Positions 54,041 to 64,000 of a stretch of 64,000 bases of DNA are shown piece after piece. The position numbers and the translations under genes were made by a program. The stretch lies in the NCBI GenBank assembly GCA_964247055.1, contig OZ176057.1, forward strand, positions 3,410,001 to 3,474,000, read 5' to 3'. The stretch is from Paragordius varius. Taxonomy: Eukaryota; Animalia; Nematomorpha. The notes beneath the pieces were generated by a model. That model worked only from the letters and a program-made list of their open reading frames with translations, was not told where the DNA came from and searched no databases. Every line of letters starts with the position of its first letter. Position 1 is the stretch's first letter.

Positions 54041-54311
54041 TAATAACAGTATAATATGTTTTGGTAATATTTTTTAATCTGAAGTTACCTTTTACCAAAA
54101 AAATTTATTTGTGCAAATTATTTTTTGATACGGATCGATTACAACAAAAGTGGATCCCTCAACACTTAAAATCAAAATCATCATTAGAATTCATATATTG
54201 TGTTTCACAATATATTTATTTTATCAAGTTGGTTGAAATATTTTCTTATTAACCTCCGAATTTAAGCGTAGCGTCATCCCGTTTAAAAAACTAAAATATT
54301 TATTAATAATG

Positions 54312-54724
54312 CAGTGGTTCTCAAAGGGGGGCGTAGAAAAATCTAGGAGGAGGTGGGAAAAATTTGTAGGACCCTAAATTTATATTACAAGCATAATATG
54401 GTAATTATTATTTGATCGGTTTATTTTATATTAATTCAATTAATAAGCAACTTGGGGAGAATAAGTGTTAGATTGTTGAACTCATACATATTGTATTTAA
54501 TTATTTTTTCTACACTTTTACAAAATATCATTTAAAATATTGAAGATCTTTGCAATGGAAATGTATTAACATTATTACAAATAAAGAATTTCATTGATTC
54601 TGTGTTAAAATATATTAAATAAATTTTGCATTTTTATCTCAATTTTTTGGGAGAGGAGGGGGGGAGGGGGGCAACATATTTTTTACAATTAGGTAGGAGT
54701 GAAGGAAAAGGTTGTGAACCACCC
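54312..54724. mobile_element. hAT (Charlie-like) MITE
   Basis: CAGTGGTTCTCAA left end and GGTTGTGAACCAC right end. Confidence 0.6.
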
Positions 54725-54769
54725 TAATGATTTTTTAAAATTAACTAATAAAATATATTTGCAAAAATA

Positions 54770-55075
54770 TACTTTACAGTTCAAATCACCCTTGAACAAT
54801 TCGAATTCACCCTCAAACAATTCAAATTCACTCTTGAACAATTCAAATTCAGCCTAAAAATATATGTGTTTTCGTACAATATAACTCATTGATAAAATAT
54901 ATCTTTATGGCATACTTTATTTTTCAGAATTATTTTAATTTAAAACAAAATTTTATTTTTTTTAAATAATTAAAATACAGCTAATTTTTCATTTTATAAA
55001 CTAATTTATTTGATGAATTTGAATTTAAGGGTGAATTTAAATTGTTCAAGGGCGAATTTAAATTGTTAACGGTGT
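54770..55075. mobile_element. MITE family A
   Basis: Subterminal 21-nt units in both arms. Confidence 0.75.
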
Positions 55076-56788
55076 ATAATAGCAAAAATATAAATGGTAA
55101 AAAAATAAGATATTTTTTAAAATGGTTTTGATGTGTAAGAAAATCTATTTATCAATTAATATTGCAAAAAACGATTATATGTTTTTTATAAAAAAGAATT
55201 TTATTTTATAATAAAAGGAGCCTTATTCCAAATCATATCACTGTGAAATGCTAATAAAAGTATTAAAAATTTGGTAAAAAACTTAAATTGTTTATAGGAC
55301 ACAAATTAGAGTAAATTTTTTATTTGGGAAAAAGAATTTACTTAGCGCAATGTTTAATTAATCTAATTTTTATAAAAGGCACTCGATATAAACACCAAAA
55401 AATTTATATTAGATTAGGTGAGACAATCTATTAAGCCCTTGTTGTCCTTGTATTTTAACATAAGTCTTAGGACAGGCTCATTAGGACTACAGCATAGCAA
55501 GGTACGGATATCAAAAACGTGAAAACAGTTATAGATTGATGTTAAATAGTTGCTTAATTGTATAGAATCGAAGTTAAAATTTACAATATTTTTCTTGTTT
55601 ATTATCGAACGGGGTAATTTTAACGAGTTTATTATATAAATAGACTTAACATAACAACCTTTAAGTATATAAAGTTATTAAGTCTTAAGCATCCATTATT
55701 TCCCCAATTTTTGGAGTTCTATCGGTTTCCCAATTAATATATAAATGGGAATTTCCATGCTTAGTAGAGTTGTCCGATACGAATGGTTCCGCGGAGCGCA
55801 CTTAGAACGTGAAAAACCAGCCGGTTTCATATAAACACATGGGCATTAGTAAATCCAATTCTTTCCGCTTTACCACTGATGATAAATTTTCCCTTAAATA
55901 ACCTAGTATAAAAATAATCAAAGATTAAATGTGGTATCCATAACTATTGGGGTGACGTGATACCTATTAATTTAATTTACAAAGAATAAAGGTAAATATT
56001 GATTTTTATTTTAATTAGCCTAAAAAGTCAGGCCGCTGCTCTCTGTTTTAAAATATGATGGATAATCAAGCTTAGACACAGTTTAAATTGAGGATTTATT
56101 ATTTGAAATTGTGTAAGATCGGATAGAGCATCATTGAACAAAAATAAAAATTAATTTTTAAATTTGACACACCTTGTATACATATAATTATTATATCTCA
56201 CTTATACGAGCCTATGTTTAACTATACAGGCGAAGGTAAATTTTCCAATTGTTAACATATTAATTCTATGGGAATGATATTGTATTTACTGTATATAAAT
56301 CTTAATTTTCAATATAATTTATAATGAACATACTTTAATATTAATTGGGTTAAAAAAATTAAAGTATCTTTAGTTTAATTGGCTTAATAGTACCTTTAAA
56401 GTGAGATATAATATATATGGATAATCATTTAAGGTCTTATATCCAATTTTTAATTATCTTATGTACGTTTGATTTAAATTAATTAATTCTAGAAAAACGT
56501 AATTTCAAAAAAATAAAGCCCCCTTATACATATTTTTCATGATAATCTCTTTATAATTGTAAAAGCTTCCAAAAAATGTAGCCATTGTTCACGCTTTGCC
56601 TGAAATTTATGGGCCAATATCAATTAACAAATTAGATTTTTTTATTAAGGTCTAGTTATTTATCATCATAGCGAGTTTTCAATAATTGTATTTATCAACA
56701 TAAAAATTTATTTGGGTAATTTTAATCCAATCTTTTGGTAGCCAAAAAATAAGATTATTGTTCTTTGTAATAAAACTCCATTTTTCCC

Positions 56789-58003
56789 ATGTTTAAAATT
56801 CGGAAAATCATAAATTTTATAGAATGGACATGTCTAGTGTTACATGCAGTTCGTCTAATATGTTTCCTCCTTATTCGATATTTTCCAAAGGCCTTACCTT
56901 TTGGGTCGAAACTCAGATTGAAGAACTATTGGCATAAAACAAATAATGAACATTGGAAAAGAAATTCTAAACAGAAATGGATGTCCTTTAGCAGAATCTA
57001 TTCTATGGCCTTTTTGTTAACGCACACAATTGGTAAAATTTGCAATTTTTTAGAAGTTTTTCCGCCACCTTATCTACTGTACTCATGCAATCAAATTCTA
57101 GTAACTACCCAAAGCTATGCGCTTCTCCTGACCATATTTTATCGTGTCATTAGATTAATTTTTACTTTTAATTACAATAGTACTTGGCATCGTGTCAAAC
57201 TCTTTTTATACAGTGCTTATATTATTAGCGTTGTAAGTCTGATTACAGTACATTTAGCTTATAAAATGAAACCGGACTGGTTTAAACGAAACATCTCAAA
57301 ACATTTCATCTTAACATTTAATACTATTGTGGCCAAGTTGATACCTTACATATTTTTAATTATCGGAACGTGTGCTCTTGTAGAAGTTGTGCGCATAAAT
57401 ATTTGTAATGTCACACATTTCCTTATGTGTGATTCACAAAGAAGCAACAAAGTTCATTCAAGAGATAATAATCTAGTTTCGAATAATAAGGATCACCAAC
57501 ATGAAACAAAGGATTTACGTCTAAAGTTGAGATATTGGAAACCATCATTTGTAAAATATAATGTGATAAAAAAAAATAAACATTGTCGCCAGAAAAACGA
57601 CCTAAAAAATTTACCCATGTTGGACGTCATTGTCAATGAAACGAAATCCAATCAACTGCCATTGACTGTAAAAACTGGTCAGATATCGAAAAAACTTGTA
57701 ATCTCTCAAATACGCCAATATCAGTTGAGGGAAGCCAAACGAGATTTATACCAATTGACTGTGCTAAATTTACTAATGTTAATTGTGCTTTTATCTCGCA
57801 TTGCTTGTTTTCTCCTACAAAACTACCTCTATACTCTAACATCTATTTATACCTGTATATATATCAATTATACGTTTTTGATATCCGTAACCATGCTATT
57901 TTTTATTACAGAACCTGACGTGATCTTAGTGTTTAATTCATACAAGGAGAAAATTAAAAGTTTCGGATTTTTTTCATCTTACCCAAAAAATAATGTTCCC
58001 TAA
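56789..58003 (+). CDS. Intronless, highly divergent seven-transmembrane (class A GPCR-like) receptor, 404 aa
   Basis: 1.2-kb ORF in AT-rich DNA with an in-frame upstream TAA. Seven hydrophobic segments, Cys near the top of TM3, FYR at the DRY position, Pro in TM5 (IPY) and a ~120-aa third intracellular loop. Confidence 0.75.
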   Translation: MFKIRKIINFIEWTCLVLHAVRLICFLLIRYFPKALPFGSKLRLKNYWHKTNNEHWKRNSKQKWMSFSRIYSMAFLLTHTIGKICNFLEVFPPPYLLYSCNQILVTTQSYALLLTIFYRVIRLIFTFNYNSTWHRVKLFLYSAYIISVVSLITVHLAYKMKPDWFKRNISKHFILTFNTIVAKLIPYIFLIIGTCALVEVVRINICNVTHFLMCDSQRSNKVHSRDNNLVSNNKDHQHETKDLRLKLRYWKPSFVKYNVIKKNKHCRQKNDLKNLPMLDVIVNETKSNQLPLTVKTGQISKKLVISQIRQYQLREAKRDLYQLTVLNLLMLIVLLSRIACFLLQNYLYTLTSIYTCIYINYTFLISVTMLFFITEPDVILVFNSYKEKIKSFGFFSSYPKNNVP

Positions 58004-59814
58004 TATCATGTGTAGAGTTTTAGAAAAAAATTTGTTAAACACGCATTATCTATATACCTTTCAAATGTAGAATTTTTTGATCATTTTTGCAATTCTGATT
58101 ATGAATTTATTCATTCGCTATGTTTTCATCCCTATTTCAAAAATATTTTGACATCTGTCCGCTTTATTATAGAAATATTTAATTTTTACAACTTAATATT
58201 ATGTCTGTGATTATATTTTTAATGGGCAAATAAATATCATATTTTGATGTTTTTTGTAAAGTTAATTTAAAATATATGATACTTTTTGTTGAAATTGGGG
58301 ACAGCTGTTTAGCCATTGTTTAAGTTTATTTCTTTTATATGGCCTTTGATATCGAAATTTGGTTAGGGAAAATACATCATCTTTAAATTGTTTTTTAAAG
58401 CGATACAGGTTCTAAAATTTAAAACTCTATATATATACATTTCATTTGTTTGGCCTTGCCAATCAATTTTATATATTTTTATCGTAATTGTTCCGTATAA
58501 AATTGCAAAATTAATTGATATTAGGCTAAACAAATTTTGTTATGTGCATACTGCTTCATCCAAAAAAATTATAACTAATAAATATATTAATAAAGTAAAA
58601 ATAACCATGTTTAACTTTATTTTTTACGTAACCGAAAGTCTTTTTCGCTCTAATGGTCCAGTGCTTATAAACCTAAAAGAACCGATAACACGATAATCAT
58701 TTATGTGCTAAGATAAAAAATAAATATTGCTTAATTTGAACTAATTCTGTAATGGTGTAAAAATACTTTATGTTAAAAACCACTATTTGTTTAGGGCATA
58801 AACCTACCGCAAAAGGTGATAAAGTGTTAAATTAAATAATAGTGCAAATGAAATTAGGTCCATTATGCTGAAATTTTTATGATAGGAGCTAAACATCATA
58901 AACTGTACTTGTAAAATTCCTATATTTAGTTTTGGGCTCCATAAATATCATTGGAATTTAAATTAATAATATTTTCTATATATTAGTTGACGCATTTCCC
59001 ATTATTTTTATTTGATTTTAGATGTAAATATAATTTTTTAATTTTATTAATAAAATAACCAACTATATTCCTTTTTAACCGCATTTATCACTTCGATATT
59101 TAGTAGGTAAAACCCTTTAGATATCGAATTTATCTGGATTCATAACCATGTTTTAGCCCCATTTCATTGCACAGTTTTATGTGTTTTTAATAATTATAAT
59201 TCAGTAAAGATACCTTTTACTATAATATTGTAGATTTTAGCCGGTCTAATTATCCCATTAAATATACTATAAGGTGTTTTGTAATATTATAGGTAATGAT
59301 AAATAACATATTAATGATTTGATTTGATTAGGATATTGTTATTTGTATATAGATGTCTGTTACAATCAGTTAATTATAAACAAATATAATTTATATATAT
59401 ATATATATATATATTATATAACAATGTACCTATTTATCTAATAAATGCAAGCTTTTAATTTTTTAGTACTCACGTTTACCCGATTTTTTAGTTATTCTTT
59501 AAATCGATAAAAAATGTATAGTAGAAAGATTTACCTTATTATTATTATATTATACCTTCTCCTGAATTTTACATTATGTCGAGATATTCCACCAGTAGGT
59601 ATGATTATTTTAGAGTGTAATTATTGCGAAAAACTATATTTTTAAAAGTAACATTAGTTGTATTGTGACTGTCAAAATGTCAAGCCTAAAATTGGAATCG
59701 GTTTTTTAATTGTTTTTTATTATTAAATATATTAACCATACAATAGGGCAGATAAACATCCATATATGCCCATCATGATCCTTTCAATTTAAAATTAATT
59801 TATTCTCAGATTAA

Positions 59815-60063
59815 ACTTTGATATTATGCGGGCAAAACGTAAAATTTTAAAGACATATACTTTTATCTAAAAGACATCCATACTTTTCAAACCTTAAGTT
59901 ATCCTGTTAAAATAATTTAATTTCAATCGTATAAAAAACATAAATTACTAACTTTATTGTTATCAGTATTAAAATTAAAATTCAAAAAGTATGATTGTCT
60001 TTTAGAAAAAAATATTTGTCTTTATTTTTTTACGTTTTTTCCGTATAATTTTAATTTTTACTG
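59815..60063. mobile_element. MITE family C
   Basis: Both arms present. Confidence 0.75.
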
Positions 60064-60186
60064 TATATAACAATTTACATATATCTATAATATTATACCT
60101 TAGCCCACGGGCCACATGCCGCCCTAAAAGTTATGTCCATGAATTAGTTATTAAATATTATATATATATATATATATATATTATTA

Positions 60187-60791
60187 CAGTAAAAATTGAA
60201 ATTTACGGACAAAACGTAAAAATATACCATTTACAGTTCAAATTCACCCTTGAACGATTTGAATTCACCCTCGAACAATTCAAATTCACCCTAAAATAAA
60301 TTATGTGTTTTTTAAGATTTAAAATTTCCTATATTTTTTTATATTTTTGTAAAAAAAAGATTACATTTAAAATTAATATAATACTGAAAAAATAATAAAC
60401 TATGCCATAAGATCATATTTCTTATTAATAATGAGTTATATTAGGCCGAAAACACATTATTTATTTTTAGGGTAAATTTGAATTGTTCAAGGGTGAATTT
60501 TAATTGTTCGAGGGTGAATTTGAATTGTAAATGGTATATAAAGACAAATAGTTTTTCTAAACGGAAAATTATACTTTAAAATATTATTTTATCCAAATAA
60601 ACTCAATGTATAAAATAGTAAAGTGTGAAACAGAGATCTATCTTTCAAACTTAATCGATATATTTAACAATTGTAACTAAATATCTTCTATAGAAAAAAC
60701 AAGGTTTAAGAAAAGTATGGTTATCTTTTTGAAAAAAAATATTTGTATTTATATTTTTACATATTCGTCCTTATAATTTCGAATTTTACTG
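60187..60791. mobile_element. MITE family C interrupted by a complete family A copy (60225-60536)
   Basis: The family C motif ACGTAAAAATATAAAGACAAAT is split exactly by TACCATTTAC..GTAAATGGTA. Confidence 0.9.
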
Positions 60792-60865
60792 TATAATCTT
60801 TGAGACGAAAAATGTTAATTAACCCTTTAACCTTATTGATTTTTCTTATTTGTTTTTTATGAACA

Positions 60866-61142
60866 AACCATTTACAATTTAAATTCTCCCTTGAACAATT
60901 CAAATTTACCCTAAAAATAAATTATGTGTTTTCGAACTAATATAACTCATTATTAATATGAAATATATCTTTATGGTATAATTTATTATATTTTCAATAT
61001 TATTTTAATTTAAAATAATTTTTTTTTAAAAAAGATAGGTAATTTTAATCTTAAAGATCATATAATTTATTTGAGGGTGAATCAAATTTTTCGACTGTAA
61101 ATTTGAATTGTTTAAGGGTAAATTTGAATTGTTCAATGGTAA
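60866..61142. mobile_element. MITE family A
   Basis: CCATTTACAATTTAAATTC..TTGAATTGTTCAATGGTA. Confidence 0.75.
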
Positions 61143-61414
61143 CTGCAAAAGGTTTATTTAACTTTTTTAATATATAATTATATATCGGACAGTGTTCAGG
61201 ATTTATGATCAACATTAAATAATCAGCTTGTTGGCGTATGTTATTTTAAAACTCATTATGAGCTGGTGATTATCAAAAGGATGTTTAATGTGTTTATAAT
61301 TTTTGTTGCCACGTTGTTGTTATAATGCAACGTTACAAGTTTTAAAATAACATCTGAAATAAAAACATGCGAATGAATCTAAAGCCAATTTTTGTTTTAA
61401 TATATCTAGAAAGT

Positions 61415-61797
61415 TAATTTTTTTTAACAAAAAATTTTTTTCCATGAGATAGCTTATGACCAGTTTACCGCAAAAATTTTAATTTGTTGGCGACCTAGTT
61501 TTTGAAATATAAACAGAAATCGAAATCGGCCCAAAAGTGAAAATTAAGGATAATTAACGATATAATTAAAAAAAATAACGATTAAAAATGATAATAAACC
61601 ATAATATCTCAACTTTTATCATTATTTTTAAATATCCTTGATTACTTTAATTTTTACTTTTTACACAATTTCTATATTCTCTGAATAATTCAAAAACTAG
61701 GTCGTCAACAAATAAAAATTTTAATGAATACGTTGGTCATAATGGTATCTCATGATAAAAAAATTCTTTTGTTAAAATTATTTTTGCACACAGTATA
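61415..61797. mobile_element. Long-TIR non-autonomous element
   Basis: ~100-bp inverted arms (CATGAGATA..TATGACC..TTTGTTG(G/A)CGACCTAGTTTTTGAA). Confidence 0.7.
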
Positions 61798-61860
61798 TAC
61801 ATATATATATTATTGCTAGAAATTTCATTTTAATTTATTGCATAAACCAATATATTTCAG

Positions 61861-61982
61861 ATATGGAAATGAGTGGATATATTTATTCATCACGGTCAGG
61901 TTCAGGCAATATTCCTACATATTCTAACCGTGCTGGCAACGAGCGGCCTTTAAGGTTTAAAAAGAAGAGTTGGCATGGATAG
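61861..61982 (+). other. Candidate orphan terminal exon or small ORF
   Basis: TTTCAG acceptor, GC-richer open frame MEMSGYIYSSRSGSGNIPTYSNRAGNERPLRFKKKSWHG*, and AATAAA ~50 nt downstream. Confidence 0.3.
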
Positions 61983-62070
61983 AAAACATAGTTTGGATGA
62001 AAATTGCATTATTAAATAACTCTTTGAATAATAAATAAATTTGCAATATACTTAAATACGTACTTCCTTA

Positions 62071-62298
62071 CAGTCATGTATCCTTTATTTTATCAAAAAT
62101 TTATTTTTTTTTGTTAAATGGGTATAAATATTTGGTAAAGAATGGAAAAAACAAGAGCTCTATGGTATTAACAATATCATATTTATCAAAAAGCATAAGT
62201 ATTACCATAGAGCTCATCTTTTTTCCATTTTCTACCAAATATTTATACCCATTTAACGAAAAAAATAAATTTTTGATAAAATAAAGGATACATGACTG
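62071..62298. mobile_element. MITE family D
   Basis: CAGTCATGTATCCTTTATTTTATC TIR with TA flanks. Confidence 0.85.
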
Positions 62299-62454
62299 TA
62301 CCTATTTACATTATGTAATACAGGAAATATGGTAATTATTTGATTTTACAAAACAAAAAAACTAAAAGTATATATTGTTCCAAAAACATAACCATACTTC
62401 TTTTTACCATATTTTTTTCCTCTACATATAAAGAGTGTCAAAAATCCATTATAT

Positions 62455-63495
62455 AGACTGATAAATCATGGTTCTTATAATGTTGGCCTTTACGAGTGAT
62501 TTAAGAAAGTTAATAACACTTTTGTGGTAAGTCTTGCATATAAAAAATGGCAAAATTTTGGCATAGTTTTTCAATAAAAATTTTTGGGCGAAAGCTAAAT
62601 GCTTTATTCCAAAAAATATCACTATACTATATCACAAACTACATATAAAAAGTAAAATAATATTTTTTTAAAAAATTTTAAATGTGGCTACGTCTTAAAT
62701 TTTACGCTCTCCCAAAATAGGCTAGTTCTCATCTAATAAGGCTAAAACAAGTGTGTGATTACAATTTTAATATATGCTAAATTTTGATAAAAATATTTAA
62801 AAAATGCATATATTTTTTAAAAATTTAATCTTTAGCTAAACAATTTGTAGATATATTGAGGCATGATGGCAACGATATAAAAACGTTTCAAGATATTATA
62901 AACACATTTTTATACATAATTGGATGATCTGAACATTGCTATTACCTCTTAATTTTGATTACAATATCTGTTCGTTCCAAATATATGTAATTATAAATTG
63001 TGTTATTTTACAAATATCACTAAATGAAAGTAAACCTTTAATTAAACTTCAGAAGCGATAAAAATGTTCAGTATTATTAAGTTATACATTAAAATGTTTT
63101 AATATCTTAAACCGTTTTTCCCCGATAACTCAAAATAGTATGAAGTACGCTTCAGGAGCTTATAATTAATGAAAAAATATGCATTTTTGAAAAATATTTT
63201 TTGTTGATACCAATATTTATATTTAGCCATCGCGCAATATCGGCATTTTTGCGTTTATTTAAAGAAAACTAGCCCATTTTAGAAGAGCGAAAAAAATTAC
63301 GACTTTTAGAAACCACATATAAAAATTAAAATAATTTATGATATATTTCATGCTATTGTTCGGAATAAAGCATTTAGCTTTCACAAAAAAATATTAAAAA
63401 TGATATGGAGGACTAACCACAAAAATGTAAATAACTTTTTTTAAATCACTCGTAAGCAAAAACAAAAGCACCATGATAATCCTGATACGTTATCC
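62455..63495. mobile_element. Degraded ~1-kb element with long inverted arms; related fragments at ~37075-37150 and 63780-63960
   Basis: AAAGCTAAATGCTTTATTCC versus GGAATAAAGCATTTAGCTTT; CGCTCTCCCAAAAT motif shared with 37107. Confidence 0.55.
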
Positions 63496-64000
63496 TATCA
63501 GAATATATTAATTTCGTCAGAAGATTTTTTATACGCCCCGATTTTGTAAACTCGGTATATTCCAATTTTAAATTATATGACCAAGTGCATTTCATCTGTT
63601 CCTATTTTGCGATAAACCATGTTAAACAAGATTTTTATTATTGTCTGTAACTTTTACTATATTTATAGATCTTTATCTAAATATTAGGTAAAATTTTGTT
63701 TGATTTTTATAAACTATGTATTTGATTCTATAAACACAAAAAAATATCCTGATAATATATATTCGTATGAAAAAGCATAGCATGATAATCATGGTGAGCT
63801 TTGGGGCTTATGAGTAAGTTCAGAAATATTTTCACTCTTGTAAATGCTCCATAGTAAAAAATGGCAAAGTTAACTATTTAAAATATTTTTTGGTCGAGGC
63901 TAACCATTCCACATATGAAACCTAAAAAAGCGAAAAATCATTTATTTCATCTATCAAATTTTAGGCCATTTGTAATGAATTAATTTTAATAAACAATCCG

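Noticed and set aside
61281-61325. Hydrophobic MFNVFIIFVATLLL as a signal-peptide exon for the 61861 exon
   Set aside because: It stops after 14 codons and offers no donor in the required phase 1

Overview
Very AT-rich, intron-dense animal genomic DNA; the species cannot be identified from the sequence. Exons were assembled by hand from GT-AG boundaries and phase continuity into five host genes. These are a Rab11-FIP3/4 (nuf)-like coiled-coil gene (minus, 3767 running toward the left edge), a 28-exon SRCAP/domino/SWR1 ATPase (plus, 7096-36001, ~2261 aa), F-actin capping protein alpha (plus, 38354-45357, 10 exons), KIN17 (minus, 52352-45972, 9 exons) and an intronless divergent 7TM receptor (plus, 56789-58003). 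CAPZA intron 5 holds an intact antisense RTE LINE (934-aa APE+RT ORF) bounded by a 12-bp TSD. Introns and intergenic DNA also carry a decayed mariner, inverted RTE and Penelope remnants and many MITE families. The most unusual signals concern splicing. (1) There are GT-AG micro-introns of 22, 24, 27 and 34 nt beside kb-long introns, two of them at apparently ancestral CAPZA positions. (2) 5' splice sites are degenerate (+5G in 10 of 51, +3T in 12 of 51). (3) Splice junctions are repeatedly duplicated in tandem at five exons, leaving decoy acceptors, in-frame 15/18-nt micro-exon candidates and a candidate alternative last exon. No tRNA, rRNA or CRISPR array was seen. Gene models are inferred from DNA only and need transcript confirmation.
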